A stretch of 64,000 nucleotides of DNA from NCBI RefSeq assembly GCF_021028975.2, contig NC_059427.1, positions 101,680,001 to 101,744,000 on the forward strand, written 5' to 3'. Source of the stretch: Sphaerodactylus townsendi. Its lineage: Eukaryota. Numbering within the stretch: the stretch's first letter is position 1; each line of letters begins with the position of its first letter. Below, piece by piece: positions 24,386 through 36,603 of the stretch. The translations under genes and the position numbers were made by a program. Below the pieces are notes generated by a model. The model saw only the letters and a list, made by a program, of their open reading frames with translations, had not been told where the DNA came from and did not search any database.

Positions 24386-26472
24386 CATGTAAACTTCCAT
24401 TAATATCTCAAAACAGTGTTAGAATCTAAAGTTAGAAAAATATGCATTTGTAAGTGTTCCCTGTAATAGACTTGTTTATGCTTTAAGTCATTTATTGCAA
24501 GGTGCTGTGTTTAAATGTGCAGTCAATCTGGAGCCAGTCAGCCCTGTTAAGCATTAATACAAGTAAACAGGAATGTAAGCAGGAATTTTACAGTATAGTA
24601 CAGTCCTCTGGAGACCTGATTTTCAGCTGTGGATGTATGTTGTTTTTAAATGGCAAATACCCAGACTCCAGATTGAAGATTCAGAATCCAAGAAGTAGCT
24701 TATACAAGACATATAGCAACCCAACTGCTGGCGTCCCTTTCAGTGCCTTTCCTGCCTCTTAATACAGGACACTAGAAATAACATCCGGAGGACTGACCTT
24801 TATACAACAAGGATGAATGGCCACTAAAGAACAAGGACTTGAAGAGCTTTTTTATAAGATTTTTAAATTCAATTTCGTCTTATTAGAAGGTGCAGGAAAT
24901 ATCTTACTTGTTATATGACTCTGTATATTCTTTATCCTAGAAATATTTATGCTGGCTAACATTTCAGTAACCTTTAAACTTATCCTAAATTCAACATGTC
25001 TCCATCCCTATTAATGTAATATTGCCTAGAGAAAGAATAGAAAGGATTTTCTGTTCTGTGTAAATTGAGTACAAAACACAGTACAATTAAGTACAACATA
25101 CAATACAATGAAGCGGCACTATCTTTTATTTTTCTTACATGACAGTAGCCAACATTTATTGTGGATTTAGATTACTTTAAATGGTGGGAAACAGAAGCAA
25201 TTAAAACTGTTCACATAGTGAGAGTGCCATTGTTTCACTGCTTCTTATGTTCTCATTTATCATGAACTTGAATTTCTGAAGAAAATAATTGGCAGTTGTC
25301 TATTAAAAGCCCAAAAACTTCAAGAGATTCTTATCAGATCAGATGAGCAGTAGGAACCAGATGCCATCAAGAATCTTATAAGTAGATTATGGTAGTATCT
25401 CATCAGCATATGGAAATCAGAGGTTTACTGCCAGGGAGCTTCCATTTTCATCTAGTATCTGCTGCTGTACATAATGTCCATGAATTTTACAGCCACCTAA
25501 ATTAGCTGTGAAGAACACATCTCATGGAGTGGAATAGTTTAAGGCAGTTATTTTTACACTGTGGGTCAGGATCTAAAGTGACTTGTGATTCTCTCGCAGT
25601 TGGATCACAAGGTCAGGAAGAAGGAGAGAGGAACAGGGTGAACTGATCATCATAGTGTTATTTAAAAGCATTACAATATTCACTCGTTTGCCTAATCATT
25701 CAAAACCTTTTTTTTTTCATTGTCCCAGCATTAGAAGCTGACATTACCAGTGCACGTTCCACTGTGATCCTAAGGTCTTTTTTCTGGTTAATTATTGCCA
25801 AATAAATTCCAGTAGCTTTATATGGCATTGAATTTTGCATGGGTGTAAGGAATCAGTTGGAGACTTACAACCGAAAAGTATCTGCTTTTAATTTGTTTAT
25901 ATTCAAAAATAAATTACATTATGTAAAACTGTTTTATGGCAGAGAAAACAGTACCAGTTAAGATATATTGAACTCATATGTTTTATCTTTCTTTGAGTGT
26001 AAGCACTATAAAAAACAGGAAACATCTAAAGAGGCAGAAAGTGGACGCTTCAGCTAATGCTGATATGGAATACCAATATGTATTGTGCTTGCGATCCTTT
26101 CCCGTCTATTTGGGATCTAAAATGGTCATCAACATTATAATACTGTGTACTGTTTTTATTTTTTTATTTGATATTTATTTATTCATTTCATATCTTTTGA
26201 TGTTGGTGTCTTTGAGACATTTTTGGTGTGAGCATTAATTGGCAGAAGCAACTTACCAGATTACTTGGTTGATATAATTCTGAAGGTCTTCAGACTTGCC
26301 AGTGGGTAAACTAGGACTGCAATCCTAAGAATGCTTTTTGGGGAGCAAGGCTATTGAATAAAATGGGGCTTGCTTCTGATTAGGTCTGCTGAGGAATGCT
26401 CCCTACAATATGCATGTTTGTATAAGAGAGATAGCAAAATACTAACCAGTTTTCATTGACATTTCTTGGTAG

Positions 26473-26570
26473 GGTCGAGATTGTAGCACCCCCATTAATG
26501 CCTGCATTCAGAATCCATGCCAGAATGGAGGGACGTGCCATCTCACAGATACAAATAAAGAAGGATTCAG
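26473..26570 (+). CDS. SLIT3: SLIT3 exon (98 nt), EGF1 end/EGF2: [32 protein letters not shown](S)
   Basis: Acceptor ttcttggtAG and donor GTAACT. EGF motif [12 protein letters not shown]. Phase 0-2. Confidence 0.94.
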
Positions 26571-26892
26571 GTAACTGAAAGCAAATTGCATTAAAATCAT
26601 GTTAATATCTTTTTCTGCTGTTCCTGTCATACAAAAATGTCATATAACTGCAAATCCTGCTGCCATTAAATTAGGGAACAATCCAAAAAAAGTTAAGCCT
26701 TTCTAACCTTGATTTCAGTACAAAAGTTAAGTCACAGGTAAATCTTTCCCATTCAAATCATTGAAACATTAAACTGTTTAACATTGGCTGTATCATGGCA
26801 TTATTTGTTTGTTTGTTTGTTTATTAATTATCCTGCACCTTTCCTGGCTGAGTCAAGCTCAGAATTGCTTACAAAGTCCCCAAAGTTTTTCC

Positions 26893-27990
26893 TTTTTATT
26901 AGTCTGGATGCTGTATAGCAGTTTAAAGAGGAAGCCTTAACTTTGCTGGATAGTGTTGGTTCACAGATAGATGACAATAGGAAGATTCAAAGAAAAATTG
27001 AGTGGGCAAAAAATGGAATGGGAAAGAGAGAGAAAATTAATGGGGAGAGGGAAAAAAAGAGGCCAGCTAACATGGAAGCCATCACAGCTTTCAGCTATTG
27101 GCCTAGTGCAGGGGTCTGCAACCCGTGGCTCTGGAGCCGCATGTGGCTCTTTCGTCCTTGTACTGCAGCTCCTTGTGGCTTGGGTCCTCTCAACCTCCTT
27201 CGGAGAGTCACCCTAAGGGTTAATAGGAAAGAGTCCCTGTTCCTAGAGAGGCACAGTCCGAGACAGCTATCCCAAGCCACTTCTGGCTTTCCTGTACCAG
27301 CTGCCTGGTTGGCTGATAACTGTGATGTAACACTTCATGGATTTCATAACACACTATAATTGTTTATACGAAGCGTAAAGGTAAAAAAACAATATATACA
27401 GTGTTATCTTCATTTTAAATGTCAAAAAGTATTCACGGCTCCAAGTGTTTTCTTTTCCGTGGAAAACGGGTCCAAATGGCTCTTTGGGCGTTAAAGGTTG
27501 CTGACCCCTGGCCTAGTGGAACATTTCCTGCAGAACTGAACTAGGTCCTGCAGGGACTGTTTAACTTATCCAATAAAAATAATAAATAATGAAATATTTT
27601 TGATCAGTTTTACCTAACAAGGTGCCTAAACATTTCTTCCTTCTTATTAGTCTGGGTGTTGCATGGTAGTTTAAAGAGGAAGCCATAACTTTGCCGGATA
27701 GTGTTGGTTCAGCAGGAGATGACCGAAGATTCAAAGAAGAATGGGAAAGAGAAAAGGAAAATAAAGGGGAGAGGGAGAAGGGAGGGCTGATGGTATGGAA
27801 GTCATCACAACCCTCAATTATAGGCCTAGTGGAACATTTCTGTCTTACAAGTCCTGCAGAACTGAACCTACAGGGCCTGGGTCTCATTGAATAGAGAGTT
27901 ACACCAGGCCAAAGCCAGGACTGAAAAAACCCAGCCCTGGTTGAGAGCAGCCAGACAGTTTTGGGTCCAGGGGCTACCAGGAGGTTGTTT
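26893..27990 (-). mobile_element. Two diverged tandem copies of an L2-like 3' segment (26893-27560 and 27643-27990)
   Basis: Shared ttattagtctgg...gtttaaagaggaagcc.taactttgc.ggatagtgttggttca. The minus ORF fragment LLVAPGPKTVWLLSTRA is L2-like. Confidence 0.7.
27109..27510. mobile_element. Non-autonomous hAT transposon, 402 bp, 8-bp TSD GCCTAGTG
   Basis: TIRs CAGGGGTCTGCAACC / GGTTGCTGACCCCTG. TSD at 27101-27108 and 27511-27518. Confidence 0.92.
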
Positions 27991-30900
27991 TTATTTGAGT
28001 GTAACTGTATCAATATTGGCAGTGCAAGTCAGGGTGGAGTGACAAGATTTTATCCAAAAAATAACTCAGCAATGCCTCACTGAAATACCAAATTTTAAGG
28101 ATTTCTCAAGTCCCCTGGAAGAGACGTAACCAGTTTATCTTAAATAATTATCCTGGGCGAGAGAGCTTTGGGTGTTCAGCAATCTTTGGAGTATTGCCCT
28201 TTTAAGAAAGTCATAGAGACAGGCTGTCCAACTGGCAGCTTCCCTGAAGCCGAGCCTCAGAGCCTGCAAGGAAAGGAAAGGGTAAGTGAGTGAGGGAACG
28301 AGGCACTGTGTGAGTAAGCACTGCAGCGCTTACTCGCAAGTAAACAGTGCTCCGCAGGGGGGCACCCGGAGGTTTTTTGTCTCCGGCCGCCATTTGGACA
28401 CCGTACACCACTGCAAGCATTGGATGCACTACCAATGAACTTAATTTGGTGTCTACAGTAGTTTGAAAGAGAAATAAGGAAAGGGCTAGAGAAAGGTGGG
28501 GAGGGGGGAGGAACATGAACAGCAAAATGAGATAAAATTTATTATGTTTTTGCATATGGGCAATAAACCAACTGGAGGGGGTTGCTATTTTGAGCAGAAA
28601 AATTACCACAGTGACAAAAGGAAGGATTAAAGAACTTGTCTCCTTGTACCCCTCCTTTGCAAACTACAGTTCTGGTCAAAGTAGCATGCTCCCATGACTT
28701 CTTTTCTGTTAAAAGGTGGGGAATGTTGCAAGATTATGACAGAATTTTTAAATGAAACATCTAGTACAATCCTGAGAATAAACGGGAAAAATTTTATACT
28801 CACATGCTGGATATTTTTATAGTCAACATGCAGCTCCTGCTGGCATCCAGAGGAACTGCGTTCCATTATCACTGCATCAAGATGAAGTGTGTTATCACAT
28901 GTGAGATGTTTTGTATCTGAAAATGTTATAAGGAGAAGACCCTGTGGAGTTTTCTGTTGTTTGACTTGTGAAAGAAATTATATCTTTTATACATTTACCT
29001 CCCCCCTTTAGAGAAACATATTAACACACAATCTCAGCTGCCAAACTTGTCAAATCTTTGTTCTTGTAAAAGGAAATTTAATCCAAAGCATTCCTCCATA
29101 TGAAATGCTGAGTGACTTAACTCCAAGGCTCTTGCAGTCACAGAAAAGAAAAATTATCTTTTAAGTAATGGTAAGGTGGTGACATAAGCCAGGAAATTCA
29201 CCCTGTTATGCCTGAAACTCCATCCTCACACCCTTCCTTCCCCTGCCGTGCCTAGGTAGCGAAAGGGGCCCAAGCAGCAGGTGATTCTGCTTCTCATATT
29301 GACTGTGCTAATACACTGCCACAACTGTGTCATCAAGAGGAATGGAATCTGACAGTATTTTTAATCACAATTTCTTTTGAGCTCTTAATTGTTAACAATT
29401 TAGCATAAGGCTGCTTTTCTGTTTGAGGCATTTGACTTTCCTGTTTTGGTAATGGAGAAAAAGGTCACCTAACCTTTCATGATTTTTGATATAACAATTA
29501 GGGCTAAGGGTTAAGAATTATACTTCAGTGGCAATACCTCTAATATTGTTTTGGTTCCATTTTAATACTGTTTTGTTACTTTATTTTTAAACAATTATAG
29601 TTTTAGAATTTATTTTTATGTTCAGTAATTCAGACCATTTCTAAATCTTGTGAGATAGGTGAGTGAAATGTAAATAAGATGAATTACGGTCAGATTTCCA
29701 GATCAAATCTGGTTGCACTCTTTTGTATCAAAGACAGAAATACCATGTTTCCCTGAAAATAAAACATGGTCTTATACTAATTTTTGCTGTACAAAAGATG
29801 CGTTAGGGCTTATTTTCAGGGGATGTCTTATTTTTTGTGCCCCAGGGGCGTAGGGAGGGGAAAATGGCAACAGGACCTTTCTGCCATGCCCCTCCCTCCC
29901 ATGAGGCCACATGCCCTGCCAGGCCGGGCATGAGTGCCTCAGATACCTCAGGCTATACACAGGCCTGCTGGCTCTGTGCATTAAAAAAGGTCGTCTTTTA
30001 GCAGGCATGGTCCTGCCTTTGTGCTATCTTTTAAGTTATGGTGAGCATTTTTTAAATTATGATTTTTAACTGTAATGTAGGTTTAACATGTTGTTGCTGC
30101 CCTGAGCCCTTCTGGGATGGGCAGGATATAAAAATAAAAATGAATTTAATTTTTTTAACAGCATACCCATGAGCCTTTGCTAAATATGGAAATTAATAAT
30201 TTATGGGTATGCTCATGGGTATGCTATTAAAAAAATTAATTCATTTTTATTTGCAAAGTTATATATTAAAAGCCCCAACCTGGGGGACTCAGAAGAGCTT
30301 GAGGGAGCAGCATGGCCTTGCACTGGCATATTTGTCCTTCTCAGAGCACTTACCCTGGCAGAGGAGGCAGTCCACCAGTGACCGACTGCCCTTCAGCCCC
30401 TTCAGACAAAACCCAGAAGTCCAGGCAGGGCTGCACTGGGATCCTGATTGGATACCAGTGTGTGGGTGGAAGGCAGGCCGTGGCATTCCTGGGGGCAGAT
30501 CTGACATTAGTCACCTCCCATCCAGGGTTTAGGGCCGGAAGCATGACACTTGGCCCTTAGAGGACTTTCTGGTGGGGGGGTTGCAGTTTTTGTTCCCCAT
30601 GCTGCCAAAAGCCCTTTTGGAGGTAGCGGGGCATCACTGCAGCGGTGCTGTGTCCCACCACCAAGGACTTTGGATGCTGCTGCTCATTAGTTCTTTAATG
30701 GATCTGGAGTTATTCTGAAACTTTCATCTATTAAATCCAATCATTACATTGCTCTACTGTTTCAGGAAGGAACTGATTAATGATTTCTAGATTTGAATTT
30801 AGTAATATTGAAGTGTAGTGCTCTGATTTAGGTATCAGATCCATTAAGGAACTGACTTAGAAATTTAGAAATCTTCATGATATCTTAAAAATCTGAGTAA

Positions 30901-32094
30901 ACTATCTGAGGAAGAGACTTTGCTTTGACACAGGAAGATTATGGACTCCTTTTTATGTTTGATATATTTGTACACATATGCATAAACATGAAAAAATGTA
31001 TTCTGTTTTTGTACATATTTTTAACATTCTCACATAAAAGATGGTTTGATAGACAGACAGATCCCTTGACCTGGATAGCACAAACTTACTACTGTACAAA
31101 TATATATAAACCAATCAAGATATATCTATGTATTCCATTTGGTCTAAATATATTTGTGCAGTAGTAAGTTTTTGCATGCTGGGTTTTGCATGACAAAAGT
31201 AACTGGTATAACTATAACTTTATTAGCATCCTCTCTCTATTAATAGTCACTGTCTTTGCTGAGAAAGATTGGCAAAGGAATGCTGTTTTCCCAAATTGTT
31301 GCTGAAATCATATTGAGCATCTTCAGGTTAAAGTTAAGCACTTTTAAAAGTCCTATTGATTTCACTGGGAAAGGTTTAAGCATGTGTTTAACTAATCTAC
31401 AGAAATAGAGTCAAAAGGACTTAACTTTAGTGAGTACATTTCCATTGTGATGAAACATATATAGGCCCTATGCTAATTGTAAATATTATTTCTGTATCTG
31501 AAGCATAACAGTCTGCAGTACTTTTCCTTTTCCTTCCGACAATACAAATCTTACTTAAGAACATTTTTAAAAACCTTCAGCTGATAGATTTTGGAGAGTT
31601 AATGTTCCGTAGTTGATGGATGAGTTCACTGTTTATGGACTATTGAGTCTGTCCAGTTGATATGCAGGTGTGCATAGTTTTTTTTAGCCAGAAGACCTTC
31701 AAACATTTCTGAGGAAAAAAATCAATTTCGAACACAGCAGCTGATTTGTATACTACAGTACATCTGGTCAGTTCATATCATTCAAATACAAAATCAATTG
31801 ATCATAGCATGCAAATATAAATTACTAGTTTCAATTCAGCCAGGCATTTCAAATTCTATTTTAAAAAGTATAGCATTTAGCTCTATGCTAATCTTATTTG
31901 CGATGGTAGGGTCAGATACATGCTTTTAGTGAAAAGGCAAAAAGTGCTCTTAAAAATTTAGACCTAATTTATATGGTGAGTAGTGACATGGCAACTGTTT
32001 AAATACAACCAGAATTCTAAACTGCAGCTAAATTTTAATAGTAGTACTATCGCGCTCGAGAGTAGGATTGATGAGACTATTGAAATGCTACCTA

Positions 32095-33245
32095 GAATAT
32101 TTTACGTATAATGTCCTGCAGTTAAATTTTGATAAATCCAAAATAATGGTTTTTACCCACAAGTGGTAAGTGAGCAGATGGGAACTGAATGGTAACCAAT
32201 TTGAGCAGGTCAAACGGTTTAAATATCTAGGCCTAAATTACCATCACCAGGTCTCTTGATCAACCCTCAGATCTCAGGCCATTACAGCACCTAACATTAA
32301 TGCTAATGCCATTCTGCGGTTTTCTATAGTAAGGGCAAGGGATATGTTCCTGCTGTATTGAAGTTATTCAATGTTAAGATCTGCCAGCAACTCCCATATG
32401 GAATCCCCATATGGACTGAGGCCTGGAACCGAGACGTTAAAAGAGTACAATCGTACTTTCTTTATAAAATCTTTGGTTTTCCTCACTCCATTCCTTATGC
32501 AGCGCTTTGCCTGGAATCGGGCCAGAATTTGTTGGTAACTAAGGCTTGATCTCTGGTGATCAAATTTTGAGTTTGGACTTGTTTTAATCAAGATGCCAAG
32601 TGCTTTTCCTACCTGGCACTAGCTGGCATTCATGCCACCAAATGGTGGAATTGTATTGAAAAAAAACCTAAATTCCTTGGGGATGTCGCTTGATGAATTG
32701 GCTATGTTATCAAAACAAGAAATTTATCTTGCCATCAAAAAAAGGCTTTACCAAGAAGAATTCCTCTTCTTGTTGAAGGAAGCTGTCAAGTTTTGTTCTC
32801 CTCTCTATTTGGGAATTTCCCTTACCAACTTAATGCTTGCTAGCTATCGCCACGTTTTAATCGAGGCCAGATGGCACAGAGCCTTGACCCTGGCCAGATG
32901 TAATATCTTACCCTCTGCTTTTAGACAGGGGAGGGGCTTGGGAATTCCCCATCATGAAAGAACGTGTTCCTGCGGAACTGGGTGTGAAGAGTAGGTTCTT
33001 CATGTTCTATTGTATTGCCCCCTTTACTACGGGCCTAGGAGCAAATATTTAGAACACTAACTGATGGGTCTTGAAGAGCATGCTGATAACCAAATAATTG
33101 TATTCCTTTTGAATGGTGATTGTAAGGAGATTCTGGAGCCAGTAGCAAAATTTTTATGTTTTGTCATTGACAAATGTGCATAAAGGGGTTTATTGTATCA
33201 TGCTGTTGTGTTGTTATGCCAATAAAGGTTAATTGAATTGAATTG
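32095..33245 (+). mobile_element. 5'-truncated LINE (RTE-X-like) ORF2 C-terminal fragment, degraded
   Basis: Peptides SKIMVF, EQVKRFKYLGL, RALTLARCNILPSA and a C-terminal CxC...HxxLxC motif. Ends in aataaagg + (aattg)n. Homologous to 39862-41771. Confidence 0.8.
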
Positions 33246-34374
33246 TGAGCTAAATGCTAATGTAGAATCCTGGCTTGCATGGAGTAAACAAATGCCAAAG
33301 TATAAAGACATCTGTGTTCAGACATCACAGCCTGGGATCACATGGGAGCTATTCAAGTGGGGAGCTGTGTGGGACTACTTCCTTCATAATCTGACTAATT
33401 GCAATCACACCAACAGTCCTGAAAAATTTGACAGGTAGGCCTTATTGTGGCATAAGTCTCTGTACATATTGATGGACTGAAGCTTTGCATATATAATCCC
33501 TTTTTACTACAGTAACTTTCCACTGTTCAAGATATGTATTTAAATATATCCACCCACTCATCTAGTGCAGATTCTATGTTCAAGTACTTTCAAACTCCTT
33601 TGAAAGTTCCCAAGTGCTCAGATTTGCAGAATAATGACAGTAAGTGAAAATGTGGCACCAACTATCAATAATAAATCTCCCCCCAAATCCCTAAACTTAG
33701 CTGCTAAAGCTTTATAGAATATGTAATTTCTGCAGGTGAGAAGCGGGAGGATTTTTTCTTTCTTAGTAATCACTTGGTTTATTTAGTTTACATCCTTTTA
33801 TGCATGTACTGCTTGCTGTGTGGCTAAGAAATAGTTGATTCACAGTGTTTTCTTTAGAGTGTGTTTTTGCTTTTGTGCACTGTCTTTTTTTGTTTAATCT
33901 GTTGCAGGCTTTTTATTTTTAGTATCTGCAAAAGCTGTAGCTTTTGCTTGTCTGTGTGCAGGGGTGTGACTTTTGACTTTTGACGAGGCAAAAGGGGTAT
34001 TCCTTTTTTTCTTTTGGTGCAAAATGTCTAACCCAGCTACGCAAAACTTAACTCTTCGCAGCATGGTGTGAACGCATGCATACTAACATTCCCTATTCAT
34101 TGTCTTCCAGTATCTATTTTACATGGTCCTCTCCCCCTTACCCCTAAGTATCCTGATCTGCCATTTTGCCTGTCTTTTTTGTTGTGACAGACTGAGACAC
34201 GCAGATCTTCCCAGGCTTTATAAGCTAGTGAGCTTAGCAAGCTCAAATAAGTCAATGCACTGAATCATGGGTCTACTTCCAAGGAGATGGGGTTACTTAA
34301 AACAGCTTTGAATCCTCCCTTTTTTTAAAAAAAAAAGTACACAGAAACCACTGAAAATAAATCAAAGCCTCCAG

Positions 34375-34375
<1 letters not shown>

Positions 34376-34420
<45 letters not shown>

Positions 34421-35370
34421 GTTTGTTTGTTTGTTTGTTTGTTTGTTTGTTTGTGCAGCCTTTGGGCCAGCCAATAATTTAAAATCAGAATATATATAAA
34501 TACATATCATTCCATTTGTACAAAAATCGAACATATAAAATCTTATAAAAGATCTATTCATTAATAACATTAAAAACCATTGACTTCAGATGTTATTAAA
34601 ATCGTCATCACTTCATGCAGCTCTGTGTCTTAATAATAACCTACACTTGTTATATACCAGTATACAAAATTTGACTACCTTCTGTGATGTAGAGGGAACA
34701 TGATCTTCTAATAGCAATCTTACAAAGTTTGTGTCTGAATTATCTATAATTGAGCATGCATGACAGGTTAGCAGTGGTTGGATTACAAGTTCCCTTTCGC
34801 CTTTATGTAACTTGCAGTGTAATAAGATGTGTGACATTGAGTCCACTTCCCCTGAGCCACACACACAGGTTCTCCTTTGCCATGGAATATTTTGAAATCT
34901 TCCCATCAGCTGATGGGAAGGCGTCAAAGCGAGCTCTTGAAAAGGCCCATCTGCTTCTTGCCTAAGTTATGTCAGATAGATAAGATGCAGCTGAGATACC
35001 TATCCATTACTTTAATGGTCTATATAAAGCGGGTAACAGGGGGAAATCTATTTGTATCTCAATGTCATTAAGGTGTTGACAAATCATGGCCATTGCTCCA
35101 CAGTTATCTAGCTCCAAAAGTTGCATAGGATCGAGACCAAAGCCTTCAGCAGTCTTTTACCCTTACCTTCCTAACTTGCAGCAAAATTCATTTGTTAGTT
35201 GATTGGGAAGATTTCTTGTGCCCCAAGCCCCTCATTCATTTTGGACCAGCAGTCAAAACAGATATTCTGCCTAAATGCAGCAAACAAAGCCATTCAGCTC
35301 AGTTACTCTTGAGCAACCCAAGGCTTGCAAAAGGATAGCTAACGTGCCTCTAGGTATAAAATCATAGGGC
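34376..35370 (-). mobile_element. LINE (RTE-X-like) 3' fragment with (AAAC)n/(AACT)n tail (34376-34452)
   Basis: Minus ORF GRFQNIPWQRRTCVCGSGEVDSMSHILLHCKLH carries the same C-terminal Cys/His motif. Microsatellite tail. Confidence 0.72.
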
Positions 35371-35402
35371 TCCTCCCCCCGCACACAAAAAAAGTGTCAA
35401 GC

Positions 35403-36133
35403 AGGGGCGAATCTAGGCAAACTGGAGCCCAGGGACAAAATCTGAGTTTGGTGCCCCCCCACCCCCACCCCAGGTATGGACGACCACCCTCCCCCACAAC
35501 GACCAAACAATGATTTTTTGCACCAGCTCACAAAACACCTCCCACCACCAGCAAAACATACATGGCTCTCTCCCCACCAATTCTCTTTCCTAATTGTGTC
35601 CTCACACCAACCCTATGAGGTAGGTTGTTAGCCTCAGAAAGAGCTCCAAGCCAGTGCAAGTGGGAATTAACTTTTAAGCATGTAAATCTCTCACAAGTCA
35701 CCCCCATCTGAAGGTTTACCAAGCAAACATCAGCATCATCTTCAGTTCTGCTGCTGCTGGGCTCCCTGCTCAGCTGGCCTTTTCCTGTGCCTGCCGGGGC
35801 TGGCTGCCGGGGAGAAGGCTTCTGAGTATTGCCACACTTAATTTAAAGCGAATAAGGCATGCTGGGTTAGAGGGAGGGGAGACGGAGCTCCCCAGTCCTG
35901 CTCCTGGGAGCCCAGTGGGACTTCTCCCCCGCCCCCTGGACACTCCAGGCCACCGTACAGAGTGGGCGGGGCTACAATAGGCACTGGGAGCAGTTGGCTG
36001 CTTCAGTGCCTGCTTTCTAGGGCTTGCTCAATCCCTCGCTGTGTAGGAGGATGTTTTGGTGCCCCCCACGTGACCTCAATCGATGCGCCCGGGGATAAGG
36101 GGTACCCCATGTCCCTAGGCAGGAACGCCAGTG
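35403..36133. mobile_element. GC-rich non-autonomous DNA element (Harbinger-like)
   Basis: Termini aggggcgaatctaggc ... ctaggcaggaacgccagtg and subterminal gcccc motifs. Similar ends occur at ~49700-49740 and ~53506. Confidence 0.45.
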
Positions 36134-36472
36134 GTGTCAAGTGTCCCAAAATGGAGGTGGCATGGAAATTAAAGGGGGAGGGAGGTGGGCAGTCAAGTGG
36201 GGGAAAGGACTGTTGTGTAGGCAGAAGGGAAGTGAGAGAAGAAACCCATGGCAAATGTTTACGCATCAGGATTGCCTTCGCTTTTCCTGCGAAGGGAAAA
36301 AAGTGACATTTTGAGAGCATTCACAAAAATTCTGTAACTAGCAGAAGTGGCAGTGTTGTCAGTGCTGAAGAGGGGTAAATGAATGCATTCAAAAAAATAA
36401 AAGCCCAATGGGAATATATGCTGAAAACTAAGACAACACATGGCCTACATGTACAGTCTCTAATTCCTAGTG

Positions 36473-36603
36473 CTATGGTGGCGAACCTATGGCACTCCAG
36501 ATGTTCATGGACTTCAATTCATAGCCAATTGGCCATGCTGGCAGGGGCTGATGGGAATTGTAGTCCATGAACATCTGGAGTGCCCATTGGTTCGCCACCA
36601 CTG
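36473..36603. mobile_element. Palindromic hAT MITE, 8-bp TSD TCCTAGTG, internal deletion in the left arm
   Basis: TSD at 36465-36472 and 36604-36611. Same family as 46118-46251. Confidence 0.9.
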
